64,000 bases of DNA from an uncultured Acidobacteriota bacterium. Lineage in GTDB: Bacteria; Acidobacteriota; Thermoanaerobaculia; UBA5066; Gp7-AA6. Shown piece after piece: positions 7,890-18,283 of the stretch. Below the pieces are notes generated by a model. It was not told the origin of the DNA, ran no database searches, and saw only the letters and a list, made by a program, of their open reading frames with translations. The translations under genes and the position numbers were made by a program. Numbering within the stretch: the stretch's first letter is position 1; the number at the start of each line of letters is the position of its first letter. Location: positions 96,001-160,000 of the forward strand of contig CAVXTP010000015.1 in the NCBI GenBank assembly GCA_963764715.1, given 5' to 3'.

Positions 7890-10418
7890 TCATCGGGACG
7901 CGGGCGCGGTGAACGCCTTCGTCTCGTCGATCCCGTCGTTCGCAAACACGACGACGTTGGGATCGGGATCCCTCGTGAGGGCTTCGAGCAGGTCGAGGTC
8001 CTCCGTGCGGTGGAGCCGGCCGAGCATCTGGATCGCCTCCAGGCGGACGCCCCGGTTGAGGTCGGCGGTCAGGGTCCGCAGGCTCGCCGCGAGCTTCGGG
8101 TCGCCGGGGGCCGACGCCTCCCAGCCCTTGAGCGCCGCCAGCCGCAGGTCCGCGACGTACTTCGGCGCCGTGTACTTTTCGAACGTCGCCGCGAGGGCGG
8201 GATCGCCGAGCTTCGAGAGGCCGATGACAGCGCCGATCCGCACCGAGTCCCACCAGCGCGAGTCGCGCGAGAGCTGCTTCGTCAAATAGTCCTTCGCACC
8301 GGGCGCGCACAGCCGCCCGAGCGAGATCTCGGCAGCCGCGACGACGTCCTCGGCCCGGTCGGTCTCGATCGTGCGGCGGAGCGCCTCGCCCGCCGAGGCT
8401 TCTCCGGCCTGGCCCAGGGCCAGCGCCACGGCGCGGCGCACGCGCGGGTCAGGGTGCCCCAGCGCCCGGACGAGCGGCGCGGACCCCGCCGAGCCGCCGA
8501 TCCGCCCGAGATCGAGGGCCGCCTCCTGCTTCAGGCCCCAGTGCGCCGCCGGGTCGGTGAGGAGCTTCGTCAGCGCGTCGACCGTCCGCGAATCGGAGCC
8601 GAAGTCGTCGGCGAGCTGCCGGGCCGCGCGCAGCCTCGCGGCGAGGTCCCCGCCCGAGAGCTCGGCGAGCACCTCCGTGATCGGCCGCGCGTAGGCCACC
8701 TCGCAGACGAGCCAGCCGCCCTTGTCGAACGTGACGCGGGTCGGCCGGGTCTGTGCGGGCAGGGCGACCTTCGTCTCCCATCCGGACAGTTGCACGGTGT
8801 GCGTCTTCGTCCCGCCCGCCTCCGCGACCTCGATCTCGACCGGAAGGCGGAACTCGTTCTCGAACGGCAGGTCCGCCTGGATCTGCTTGACCGTCAGGTC
8901 GACCTGCCTTCGCTCCGGGGACCACCGGTACGACACCTCGAAGCGCGGATGGCCTCCGCCTCCGACGACCCAGTCCTCGAAGAACCACGAGAGGTTCCGC
9001 CCGGCCGCGCGCTCGATCGCCTCCTTGAGGTCCGCGGAGTCGACGTTCGAGAACTCGTGCTTCTTCAGGTACGCGGCGATCATCCGGTCGAAGTCGGCCT
9101 CGCCGAGAAAGTGCCGGATCATGTGCAGCACGAGCGCGCCCTTCACGTACGTCGTGTCCTGCTGGTACATCGCGCCCGGGTCCTTGTAGCGGAGGTATTC
9201 CATCGGCCGCACGCTGCCGGTCGTCCGGACGTAATCGACGTACTCGTCCAGGTAGGTCCAGCGCTGGTACGTCAGGTCGTCCTCGCCATGCGCCTTCGCG
9301 TTCCACAGCGTGTGCCAGAAGGTGGCGAAGGACTCGTTCAGCCAGATCGAGCCGAGCGACCGGCAGGTCACCATGTCGCCGAACCAGTGGTGCGCCAGCT
9401 CGTGCGCGACGACGTCCTCGTAGGAGAAGACCGGCCACGCCTCCTCGAAGGTCGGCGACATGTCCGGCGGGTCCCCGGCGAGCCGGAGCTCCGATTCCGT
9501 GAAGCCCGTCGCGCTCGTCGTCTCCATCGCGCCCGAGAACTCCCGCAGCACGACCTGGTCGTACTTGACCCAGGGATACGGGTAACCCATCTTCTGCGAG
9601 AAGAACTCGACCATGTCGGGAGTCTTGCCGAAGACGAACGTCGCCTTCTCCTCGGTGCCGGGAGGCGTCCAAGCCGAGAGCGGCACGGTCTTGACTTCTT
9701 GTTCCGCGCCGCGGAGCGGGACCTTCGCGTCGCGGAGCGGCACCTTCGTCAGCTCCGCCACGTCGACGGTCACGAGGTAGTTCGGGATCGGTCCGTCCTG
9801 GACCCAGTGAAAGGTGCGCGTTCCGTCCGGGTTCTCGCGCACGCCCTCGAGCCGGCCGTTGGCGACGACGGAGAGCGGCTTCGGCGCCGTCACGATCCAT
9901 TCCACGGAAAAGCGGTCGTTGGTGTCGTTGTAGATCGGCAGCCAGGCGCGGTGGAGTCCGCCCTCGCCGTAGTTCCAGGCCTCCGCCGTGCGCTTGCCTG
10001 CGGCCGGATAGAAGTACATTCCGCCCTTCGGCTTGCACGAATACGCGATCGCGACCGTCGCGGACTCGCCGATCCCGACGGGCGGGTCGAGGGTGATGTC
10101 GAGCTTGAAATTCCCGGCGTCCGTCGTGAATTTCTGCGGCTTTCCACTCCGCTCGACCTTCGTTACGGCGATGTCCGCGGCGTCGAGCGAGAGCGTCGCG
10201 AGCGGCGCGCGCAGGGCCTGGAACGTCACGGTCGCGGTCCCGGCGATCGAGGCGGCGGCCATGTCGAACGCGAGCTCCGCCTTGTAGCTCTGGATGTGAA
10301 ACGTCCGCTCGCGGACCGGCCGTTCCGGGCCCTCGGGCAGCCGGTGTCCGGGAAGCACCTGAGCGGCCGATGCGAGCGGCCACGAAGCGAGCGCCAGGAT
10401 GGCGAGGGCACGTTTCAT
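7890..10418 (-). CDS. M1 family aminopeptidase with C-terminal HEAT repeats, secreted
   Basis: GAMET (GAMEN-like), HELAHHWFGD...WLNESFA zinc motif, YVKGA; HEAT-like DPRVRRAVALALG; signal peptide from ATG 10418. Confidence 0.92.
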   Translation of the reverse strand: MKRALAILALASWPLASAAQVLPGHRLPEGPERPVRERTFHIQSYKAELAFDMAAASIAGTATVTFQALRAPLATLSLDAADIAVTKVERSGKPQKFTTDAGNFKLDITLDPPVGIGESATVAIAYSCKPKGGMYFYPAAGKRTAEAWNYGEGGLHRAWLPIYNDTNDRFSVEWIVTAPKPLSVVANGRLEGVRENPDGTRTFHWVQDGPIPNYLVTVDVAELTKVPLRDAKVPLRGAEQEVKTVPLSAWTPPGTEEKATFVFGKTPDMVEFFSQKMGYPYPWVKYDQVVLREFSGAMETTSATGFTESELRLAGDPPDMSPTFEEAWPVFSYEDVVAHELAHHWFGDMVTCRSLGSIWLNESFATFWHTLWNAKAHGEDDLTYQRWTYLDEYVDYVRTTGSVRPMEYLRYKDPGAMYQQDTTYVKGALVLHMIRHFLGEADFDRMIAAYLKKHEFSNVDSADLKEAIERAAGRNLSWFFEDWVVGGGGHPRFEVSYRWSPERRQVDLTVKQIQADLPFENEFRLPVEIEVAEAGGTKTHTVQLSGWETKVALPAQTRPTRVTFDKGGWLVCEVAYARPITEVLAELSGGDLAARLRAARQLADDFGSDSRTVDALTKLLTDPAAHWGLKQEAALDLGRIGGSAGSAPLVRALGHPDPRVRRAVALALGQAGEASAGEALRRTIETDRAEDVVAAAEISLGRLCAPGAKDYLTKQLSRDSRWWDSVRIGAVIGLSKLGDPALAATFEKYTAPKYVADLRLAALKGWEASAPGDPKLAASLRTLTADLNRGVRLEAIQMLGRLHRTEDLDLLEALTRDPDPNVVVFANDGIDETKAFTAPASR

Positions 10419-10497
10419 TTTTTTCTCCTGATGGGGCCCGGGGATTCTACGCCCGAGCGAAATCCCATAGCATGGCGCCACGTACGAGGAGAAATTC

Positions 10498-11442
10498 ATG
10501 ACCTCTCGATTGGCCCGTTTCGCCGCGGTCCTTCTCATCGTCGCGGGCATGCCGGGCAAGGCCCGCGCGCAGGTGTCGGCCGGTTCCTGGATCGACCGCG
10601 CGAGCTTCGAGTACTCGGTTTTCCCGAACATCGTCTATCGGACCGCCAACAACTCCCCGCTGAAGCTCGACCTCTACCTGCCGCCCAACCGCACGGCGCC
10701 CGTGCCGGTGGTCATGGTCATCCACGGCGGCGGATGGGTCGCCGGGAACAAGGAAGAGAACGCGCTGACGTTCCTTCCCTATCTCGCCATGGGCTGGGCC
10801 GCCGTCAACGTCGAGTACCGGCTGGCGGAGAGCTCGACCGCGCCGGCGGCCGTGGAAGACTGCCGGTGCGCCCTCGGCTGGATCCTCCAGAATGCGAAGG
10901 AGTACCAGCTCGACCCCGGCCGCATCGTCACCACCGGCTACTCCGCGGGCGGCCACCTCGCGCTGACGACCGGAATGCTCGATCCGAAGGCCGGCTTCGA
11001 CCGCGGCTGTCAGGCCAAGCGCACGATGGATTACTGGGGCGTCGGGGCCCCGCCCATGCCGAAGGTCGCCGCGATCGTCAACTGGTTCGGGATCACCGAC
11101 GTTGCCGGAATGCTGACCGGCGCGCCGAACGAGCGGGCTTACGCCATCGAGTGGATCGGCAACCCGTCCAACGCCTTCGCCCTGGCGACGAGCGTGTCGC
11201 CCCTCGCCATGATCCGTCCCGGCATTCCCCCGATCCTCACGATCCACGGCGACCAGGACCCGTGGGTCCCGTACAGCGACGGCGTGCGGCTCCACGAGGC
11301 GCTCCAGAAGGCGGGGCTCCCGAACCAGCTCCTGACGATCAACGGCGGCAAGCACGGGGACTTCACGTCGGCGGAGAACGACCGGATCTGGTCGACGATC
11401 CGCGAGTTCCTCAAGAAGAGCGGTCTGCCGACGGCGCCATGA
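10498..11442 (+). CDS. alpha/beta hydrolase (esterase/lipase)
   Basis: LKLDLYLP, IHGGGW, GYSAGGHLA nucleophile elbow, HGDQDPWVP, GGKHG. Confidence 0.9.
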   Translation: MTSRLARFAAVLLIVAGMPGKARAQVSAGSWIDRASFEYSVFPNIVYRTANNSPLKLDLYLPPNRTAPVPVVMVIHGGGWVAGNKEENALTFLPYLAMGWAAVNVEYRLAESSTAPAAVEDCRCALGWILQNAKEYQLDPGRIVTTGYSAGGHLALTTGMLDPKAGFDRGCQAKRTMDYWGVGAPPMPKVAAIVNWFGITDVAGMLTGAPNERAYAIEWIGNPSNAFALATSVSPLAMIRPGIPPILTIHGDQDPWVPYSDGVRLHEALQKAGLPNQLLTINGGKHGDFTSAENDRIWSTIREFLKKSGLPTAP

Positions 11443-12068
11443 CGATGCCACCGCCCGTCACGAAACGTCTCGCGCGGCGGTCGGCGGCCGCATTCGCTCT
11501 CGTAGCGCTCGGCGGGCCCGCCGTCGCGCGCGCCGCCGACTACGCCATCGACCCGGGATCCTCCAACGTCCAGTTCTCGGTGCCGGTCATGCTCGTCTCG
11601 AAGGTCACCGGAAAGTTCATGCGCTACGACGTCAAGATCGACGCCGGGAACGCCCGCGACCTTTCGCAGGCCAGGGTCGTCGCGGTCATCGAGATGGCGA
11701 GTGTCGACACCGGCAGTGACTCCTGGGACGGGAAGCTCCGGACGCCGGCGTTCTTCGACGCCGCGAGGTACCCCGAGATCCGCTTCGAGAGCCGCAAGGT
11801 CAGGAAAGCGGGGGGGCAGTGGCAGGCCGTCGGCCCGCTTTCGCTCCACGGCGTCACGAAGGAAATCACTCTGCCCTTCGAGATCAAAGGCCGTTTCGAC
11901 GGCCCGAATCCCGACGCGCACATCGGCATCCATACGACCTTTTCGTTCGACCGGCGCGATTACGGGATGGCCTGGACCGGCAACACGGAGGCCAAGTCGG
12001 TCGGGAACAAAGTCACGGTCGACATCGCGCTGCTGGCGACGAAGGTTCCCTCGCCGAAAAAGAAGTAG
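11439..12068 (+). CDS. YceI family protein
   Basis: YAIDPGSSNVQFSV, SVDTG, FFDAARYPEIRFES, LSLHGVTKEI, DRRDYG; ATGA overlap with upstream stop. Confidence 0.88.
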   Translation: MTMPPPVTKRLARRSAAAFALVALGGPAVARAADYAIDPGSSNVQFSVPVMLVSKVTGKFMRYDVKIDAGNARDLSQARVVAVIEMASVDTGSDSWDGKLRTPAFFDAARYPEIRFESRKVRKAGGQWQAVGPLSLHGVTKEITLPFEIKGRFDGPNPDAHIGIHTTFSFDRRDYGMAWTGNTEAKSVGNKVTVDIALLATKVPSPKKK

Positions 12069-12089
12069 GGGCGGGGCTTGTCCCCGCCC
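12065..12089 (+). repeat. single GTAG-family REP; its TAG is the YceI stop codon
   Basis: GTAGGGGCGGGGCTTGTCCCCGCCC, identical to copies at 23648, 39190 and 41875. Confidence 0.9.
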
Positions 12090-12096
12090 TTCCGGG

Positions 12097-15000
12097 CTAC
12101 CGCACCGTCAGCGTCGCTCCCGCCGAGTAGGCGTTGAACTCCGGCGCGTACATCGACTGCACGGTCGCGGGCGCGACCTTGAACGTCCCGCCCATGTTCG
12201 CGCGGATGCGGTGCCGGAACGTGTACTCGCCGACCGGCAGGCGCTCGAAGAAGAAGTTCGCGCCCGAGTCGCGGGTCTCCTCGTACCAGGAGATCCCGAG
12301 GTCCCACTTGTACCGCGACAGCACGTTCTCGGGCTCTGCCCCCGCGGGCCGGGGATCGCGCAGGTGGACGTACTCCGCGGCATGCTTCGAGCGGAGCGAG
12401 ATCTGCACCTCGATCTCGTCCCCGGCGCGCACCGCCGCGCCCTCGGAGAGCGGCTTCAGGACGAATCCGGAGGGCGTCGACTCCCGCAGGAAGTACTTGC
12501 GCGACACGGAGAAGAAGTCGCCCCGGTCTTCCTCGGGCAGCTTCTCCGTCGAGAAGTGCCACGTGGCCGAGGCGAAGGCGAGGCCCTTCCCGGTCTTCTC
12601 GATGCCGATCGAGGCGTCGCGGCGCGGATCGATCTTCTCGCCCGGCACCACGACCTGGTTGCGCCGGCCCGTGTAGCGGTCCGGCTCGAAAACGAAGGTC
12701 GTCTTCTGGCTCGCGACGTCGACCGTGACGTCCTCCCGGACCGCGAGGGCGCCCTCCTTCTTCAGGTACCACACCAGCGCGTAGATCGCCTCCGCCGTCG
12801 CCCGGGTCGACTTCCACTGGTTCATCTTCTTGTTGAGGAAGAGCCACTGGACGAGGCCGTGGCGGCGCGGGTCGGCCGGCTCGAGCTCCGCGAGCACGCG
12901 CAGGGCGAAGGCCTGCGTCTCGACCGTGTCGTTGTACCAGAGCCAGGAGCGGTCCTCGGGGGTGAAGGCCGTGCCGAGATCCGGATCGGTCTTCGCCGCG
13001 TCCATCACCGAGTCCCACACGAGCTTCGCGTCCTTCGGCCGGCGCATGCGCTGGAGGGTCAGCGCGAGCTGGCCCTTGAGCAGCGGGGAGTGCGCCTTCC
13101 ACCGGGCGAACGAATAGTCGAGGAGCTTCTTCCGGTACGCCTCGTCGAACGCCGGGCCGTACCAGCCGGCGTCCGGGTAGGAGGAGAGCACGTAGTTGAC
13201 GAACGTCGCGTACTCGCAGGTGCCCTTGTCGGCCATGCAGCGGTCGATGTCGCGGCGGACCTCGGCCCCGGCGTACTTCCACGCGGCGAGCGCCAGGTCC
13301 TTCGGCACGTCGACGCCGAACTCGAGGGCATGCGCGAAGCCATTGAGGATGTAGAGCGTCATGTAGGGAGAGGGCGGCCCGCCCGGCCACCACGGGAACC
13401 CTCCCGAGTCGGTCTGCGCCTGGCGGAGCTTGGCGAGCGCCGCGTCCCGGTCGGCCTTCGCGATGCGCGGATCGAGCACGCGCGTCAGGTCCGCGCCCGG
13501 TTTTCCGCCCCGGGCCTCCTCGAGCCACGGCGTCTCCTCGAGCTGCATCTTCCGGTTGGGATCGGCCGCGTCCCACGGCTCGAGCCGGGTGTCGCGCTTC
13601 GAGAGCTCCTGCGCCATCGCCGCGACGGCCGGATAGTCGCGGAAGACCGACGAGACGATCCCGGTCGAGAGGAAGCGATTGAGCGTCTGCTCGGTGCACT
13701 CGTACGGGTAGTTCACGAGATAGGGCAGCGCCGACAGCACCGAGTAAAAGAGCTGCCCGTCGACGGTCACGACGAGCTGCTCGTCGACGCGCGACGGATC
13801 GTCCGACCTCGCCATGTCGGCGAAGGTCAGTGTGCGGCGCTCGCCGCCGCGGAGCGCGGCGAACCTCGACTGCGCGAGCTGCATGCGGCCCGGCAGCACC
13901 GGCACGGGGCGCCGTTCGCCGTCCGACAGATCGCCCGAGACGGCCGTCGCCTGGATCGCATAGGACCCGACCCTTCGCGGCGTCGACAGCCGGAACGTCA
14001 CATCCGTCCCGGCGCCCGCGGCCGCGGAGAACGGCAGGGTCGCGCGCTCCGGCAAGAGGCCGAACTCGGACAGCGCGCTCGCGTTCGTCGCGGTGTCGAG
14101 GATCTCGAGCCGCACGCGGCCCGACAGTCCGCCCTCGGACGCGTTGTTGACGACGACCTTGAGGTCCGCCGCGTCGCCCTCGCGCAGGAAGCGCGGGACG
14201 TACGGCCGGACCATCAGGTCCTTGACGCTGCGCGTCTCCTTCTGCACGGAACCGGCCTTCAGGTCCTTCGTCACGGCGTGGACCCAGACGCTCCAGGACG
14301 TCACCGAGTCGGGGACCGTGAACTCGATCGAGGCCGACCCGTCGGGCCCGGTCAAGAGCTGCGGCTTCCAGAAAGCGGTCTCGGAGAAGTCGGCGCGAAT
14401 CGCGATCGGCCCGGGCGCCTCGGCGCGGGCCTTGCCCTCGTCCTTGAGGCGCACCTCTTCCCTGGCCTGCCCGGCGACGAATCCCTCGGCAACCGGTGCG
14501 GAGGCCGGAGCGGCGGCGTCGACCGACTGCGCCTTCGCCATCGCCATCACGTTCCGCCGCCCGGGCCCGCCGAAGGCGTAGCCTCCGGGGAACTTCAACG
14601 TGTCGGGGCGAAGCGGCGGGTAACCTGGAAGTTCGGGGAAATTTCCGCGAACGTGACCGAAATAGGCCTCGCCGAGATTCGAGCTGCTCGGCCAGACGTC
14701 GGTGTGCGACGGGTAGAGGGACAGCGGGCTCGGCGGGTGGTACGGAGCGAAGGCGTCGAGGCTCCGGTCGTACATGCTGGCGAGGATCTCCGCCGCGGCC
14801 GTCTCGACCGGCGCCCCGCCGGGGGCCTCGACCTTGACGGTCCACGTCTCCGCCTGTCCCGGCCGGAGCTCGTCGCGGAAAGTCGCGAAGCTGACCTTGA
14901 GCTCCTTGTCGTCCCACGGCACGAAGACGGTCTGGGTCTGGGTGACGAGCTGGTGATCCCGGACCATCGTCAGCTTGACGGCGAAGCCGCCGCGATGCCT

Positions 15001-18000
15001 CTCCTCGATCGGGATTTCGATGACCGCCGCCGACTTCCCCGCGACGAGCGTGCGGCGCTCGACCGCCGCCCCGTCCCGGTCGATCTCGAAGTAGAGGTTC
15101 TGGCCGGCGAGGCCCGAGGACGCGAGGATCCGCGCCGTCCCTCCGACGGGGACCGACGGCGCCTCGGCGAGCAGGACGGCCGGAAGCGCGAGCGGCGTGC
15201 TCGCGGCGGCGACGAGGATCTCGCGCGGCGCCTCGTACTCGGCGCCGAACTCGTCGCGCGTCCGGTAGACGAGGCGGTACGCGCCGGCGGAAAGGTTCGG
15301 GACCGCGATCCGCGCGATGCCCTTCGCGTCGTGCGTGAGCTCCCCCTGCGCCACCTCGACGCCGTTCTTCCACTGCGCCATGACCTGCTCCGCCGCGTAC
15401 CCGGTCTGCCACCGGGGGCGCAGAGCGTCGCCCGGCGTCCGGAGGCCGCCCTCCGCCGTCTCGGTCGGATCCGGCGGAAGGTCCGCCGGGAGCGGCGCCT
15501 CGGACGGTTGCTCGAGCCGGAAGAGGCGCCACCCGCCCTGACCCGCGCGCGGCGCCCCGTCGAGGTTCGTCCGGACGACCGTGACCTCGGATCGATCGCC
15601 CGCGCGCAGGAACGCGCCGGGCAAGTCGATGCGCGCCTCGACCGCGACGAACCCCAGGCGGAAGGTCCGCGTCGCCGATCGCGTCTCGCCGCCCTCGTCC
15701 GAGGCGTCGGCGGAGACCGCGTAGCGATAGGTCGTCGCGCTCTGGCCGGCGAGCCGCTCGTCGGCCTTCGGCGTGAATGCGATCGTGAACGAGCCGTCGG
15801 CCTGGAGGGCGGAGGTTCCCGCCGCGATCGTCTCGGTCCGGACGTCGGGGTGGAATCCCCGCCACCAGAACCACCACGGGAAGCTCGGCGTGCGCGTCAC
15901 GTTCCACCGCACGCTGCCGGAAGAGACCGGCAGGCCGAAGTAGTAGCGCGCCTCTCCGGTCACACGGGCGGGCCGATTGAGGCGGAGGGCTTCGGTCGAG
16001 TCCTTCAGCGTGACCTCGAAGGTCGGCCGCTTGTACTCCTCGACCCGGACCGACGCGCCGCCGCCTTCGAGCGACGTCGCGACCCGCCAGGCGCCGAGCG
16101 CCCTTCCGGCGGGAATCGCGAACTCGCCCGCCGCCGTCCCGAAATCGTTCGTCGTGACGGAACGGCTTTCGACCGACTGGCCGTTCCGATCGTAGAGCGT
16201 GACCGTGACCGGCGACCGGAGAAGCGCATGGAAGCGGCCCGCGCGGGCGTCGCCGTGGTAGGCGAGCACCTTCCAGAGGATCTTCTGGAGGGGCCGATAG
16301 ATGCTGCGGTCCGTGAAGACGAGGGATGCGGTCGTGGGCCCCTCCGCCGAGGCGGGACGCCAGCCGTACGGCGTTCCGCTGCCGACGGCGAGGTCCGCGC
16401 CGCGGCGGGCGAAGACGAAACGCTCCGCCCATCCCCGCTCGGCCGGAAAGTCGAGCACGGCCCGGCCTTCGCGGTCGGTCACGGCCTCGCCGATCCGCTG
16501 GGTCGACGTCGGGTTCCAGCGGCCCTTCAGGACCGTGATCGCGACGCCGTCGAGCGGCCGCCCGGTCTCTCCCGACAGCGCGAGGATCTCGATCTTCTGG
16601 CGCCCGTCCGCTCCCGGGGCGCCCGCCGTCTCGACCAGGACGAGGTCCGACAGGAGGAACCCCGCCGCGACGACGGGAAAGCCGCGGCCCGCCGAGAAGG
16701 AAGGATCGCCCGAAGCGGCGACGACGTAGTAGCCCTTCGCCCGCATCGGCGGAACGACGAACGTCTGGTGCTCGAGGTAGTCCGGTGTCGCCGGAAGGAC
16801 GGCCGACCACTCGGCGGCCGGGCGCCCGATCAGCAGGCGCTCGAGCTCCGGCCCCTGCGGCAGGATGGCGCGGAGGTCCCTCTCGGACGCGACCCGCGCC
16901 GGCAGGTCGACGGCCCAGGCGCGAAACGTGAGCCTCGCCACGTTCTTGTGGCGGACGAGAATCGAACGGCGGTCGGCCCCGTCGCTCTTCATCGTCGTCA
17001 ACTGGTAGGCCGGAGCCTCGATCCGCTGGACGATCGCGAGGCAGCGTCTCCCGCCGGGCGACTCGGGAAAGGCGCGCCGGCCCTTCTGCGCGGCTTCGCG
17101 GGCGCGGACCAGGCGGTCGGGCCGGCGTCCCGGCTCGAAGAGCTCGGCGAGCTGCGCCTCTCCCATCGCGTACCAGGGCAGGGCGGCCATCGCCGGGAGA
17201 CGCTCCTCGAGGTCGCGGGAGATGGTCTCGCGATCGCTCGCCTCCGTGAACGCGCCGCTCAACCGACGCTCGCGCTCGAGCCGCGCCTCGAACGCCGCTT
17301 CGCGCTCGCCGCGGCCGGCGTGCCAGCCCTCGAGGTCGGCGAGGACGGCGACGAGGCGCGTCACCGGGTGGTTGGCGTCGTCGTCGAGCTTCACGGATGC
17401 GGTCGATTTCGCGTCGGCGCGCAGCAGCTCCGTCAGGTCGAGGGTGAAGACGGAGTTCGACTGCGCCGGGCTCCAGCCCGTCGAGTCCGCGAGCAGGGCC
17501 ACGAAGAAGTAGCCGACCGCGTCGCGCAGCGTGTCGCGAATCCCGGGCGGGTAGTCGTTGGGCTGCACGAACTCCGAAAGGGCCTGGACCTTCTCGGCGC
17601 CGAGGGCCTCCCGGTCCTTCCAGATCGCGACGTACGCGCGCGCGGCCTCGTCGTAGATCTGCTCGCGCGTCCACGCCTTCAGGTCCACCTGGCCCGTCGA
17701 CTCGACGCGCTCGCGCCGCGAGATCTCCCACGAGTACATCTGCGCGTAGTTGACGAGGGACTGCGCGTAGAAGAGCTCGAGCGCCGTGCGGGAAAGCAGA
17801 TCCGGCGGCCAGGGCTCGTCCTTGAGGAACCGCACGGCGGTCTCGTAACCGTGGAGACCGGTGCGGAGCTGCACCGAGCGGATGAGCGCCTTCGTCCAGT
17901 CGGCCGAATCGCGGCGCGCCTTCGCCGACTGGAGGAGCGCGTCGACCTGCCGGGAGGCCTCCTCGAATTTCTGTTCGGAGACGAGCCCGTCGACGTCCTT

Positions 18001-18165
18001 CCAGGAGGCGGGAGACGGCGGCGCGGGTGTCGGCGTCCGCGTCGCCGCGACGGCGACGGCGGCTTTCTTCTGCGGCGGCGCGGTCGACGCCGTTCCCGCC
18101 AGCGCCGCCAGCGCCGACGCCACCGCCACCCCGACCCACCGTCCGGACGCGCGCATTCCCGTCAT
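12097..18165 (-). CDS. bacterial alpha-2-macroglobulin family protein
   Basis: 2022 aa; TDRSIYRP, VEEYKRPTFEV, IRADFSETAFW, thioester motif YPYECTEQ, QSMYAPEF; true start may be ATG 18156. Confidence 0.93.
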   Translation of the reverse strand: MTGMRASGRWVGVAVASALAALAGTASTAPPQKKAAVAVAATRTPTPAPPSPASWKDVDGLVSEQKFEEASRQVDALLQSAKARRDSADWTKALIRSVQLRTGLHGYETAVRFLKDEPWPPDLLSRTALELFYAQSLVNYAQMYSWEISRRERVESTGQVDLKAWTREQIYDEAARAYVAIWKDREALGAEKVQALSEFVQPNDYPPGIRDTLRDAVGYFFVALLADSTGWSPAQSNSVFTLDLTELLRADAKSTASVKLDDDANHPVTRLVAVLADLEGWHAGRGEREAAFEARLERERRLSGAFTEASDRETISRDLEERLPAMAALPWYAMGEAQLAELFEPGRRPDRLVRAREAAQKGRRAFPESPGGRRCLAIVQRIEAPAYQLTTMKSDGADRRSILVRHKNVARLTFRAWAVDLPARVASERDLRAILPQGPELERLLIGRPAAEWSAVLPATPDYLEHQTFVVPPMRAKGYYVVAASGDPSFSAGRGFPVVAAGFLLSDLVLVETAGAPGADGRQKIEILALSGETGRPLDGVAITVLKGRWNPTSTQRIGEAVTDREGRAVLDFPAERGWAERFVFARRGADLAVGSGTPYGWRPASAEGPTTASLVFTDRSIYRPLQKILWKVLAYHGDARAGRFHALLRSPVTVTLYDRNGQSVESRSVTTNDFGTAAGEFAIPAGRALGAWRVATSLEGGGASVRVEEYKRPTFEVTLKDSTEALRLNRPARVTGEARYYFGLPVSSGSVRWNVTRTPSFPWWFWWRGFHPDVRTETIAAGTSALQADGSFTIAFTPKADERLAGQSATTYRYAVSADASDEGGETRSATRTFRLGFVAVEARIDLPGAFLRAGDRSEVTVVRTNLDGAPRAGQGGWRLFRLEQPSEAPLPADLPPDPTETAEGGLRTPGDALRPRWQTGYAAEQVMAQWKNGVEVAQGELTHDAKGIARIAVPNLSAGAYRLVYRTRDEFGAEYEAPREILVAAASTPLALPAVLLAEAPSVPVGGTARILASSGLAGQNLYFEIDRDGAAVERRTLVAGKSAAVIEIPIEERHRGGFAVKLTMVRDHQLVTQTQTVFVPWDDKELKVSFATFRDELRPGQAETWTVKVEAPGGAPVETAAAEILASMYDRSLDAFAPYHPPSPLSLYPSHTDVWPSSSNLGEAYFGHVRGNFPELPGYPPLRPDTLKFPGGYAFGGPGRRNVMAMAKAQSVDAAAPASAPVAEGFVAGQAREEVRLKDEGKARAEAPGPIAIRADFSETAFWKPQLLTGPDGSASIEFTVPDSVTSWSVWVHAVTKDLKAGSVQKETRSVKDLMVRPYVPRFLREGDAADLKVVVNNASEGGLSGRVRLEILDTATNASALSEFGLLPERATLPFSAAAGAGTDVTFRLSTPRRVGSYAIQATAVSGDLSDGERRPVPVLPGRMQLAQSRFAALRGGERRTLTFADMARSDDPSRVDEQLVVTVDGQLFYSVLSALPYLVNYPYECTEQTLNRFLSTGIVSSVFRDYPAVAAMAQELSKRDTRLEPWDAADPNRKMQLEETPWLEEARGGKPGADLTRVLDPRIAKADRDAALAKLRQAQTDSGGFPWWPGGPPSPYMTLYILNGFAHALEFGVDVPKDLALAAWKYAGAEVRRDIDRCMADKGTCEYATFVNYVLSSYPDAGWYGPAFDEAYRKKLLDYSFARWKAHSPLLKGQLALTLQRMRRPKDAKLVWDSVMDAAKTDPDLGTAFTPEDRSWLWYNDTVETQAFALRVLAELEPADPRRHGLVQWLFLNKKMNQWKSTRATAEAIYALVWYLKKEGALAVREDVTVDVASQKTTFVFEPDRYTGRRNQVVVPGEKIDPRRDASIGIEKTGKGLAFASATWHFSTEKLPEEDRGDFFSVSRKYFLRESTPSGFVLKPLSEGAAVRAGDEIEVQISLRSKHAAEYVHLRDPRPAGAEPENVLSRYKWDLGISWYEETRDSGANFFFERLPVGEYTFRHRIRANMGGTFKVAPATVQSMYAPEFNAYSAGATLTVR

Positions 18166-18209
18166 TCTGCCAACACAGGAACCCGCCCGCCCCCAAAAAG
18201 TTCCTGGTT

Positions 18210-18276
18210 CCTGGGGTCAGCCCTGCATTACTGAACTATTCCCGCAACAATTCAGAAATGCAGGTCAGGCACCAGG
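18210..18276. repeat. 67-bp GGGGTCAG-family imperfect inverted-repeat element (type A)
   Basis: CCTGGGGTCAGCCCTGCATTACTGAA-N15-TTCAGAAATGCAGGTCAGGCACCAGG; same length and arms as the inverted copy at 36021-36087. Confidence 0.85.
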
Positions 18277-18283
18277 TTCCCGG

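Noticed and set aside
11701-18234. Very long alternative ORFs (2177 aa plus strand, 2078 aa minus strand) and similar ones throughout
   Set aside because: Antisense or shifted shadows of real genes in high-GC DNA; Arg/Gly/Pro-rich with no motifs
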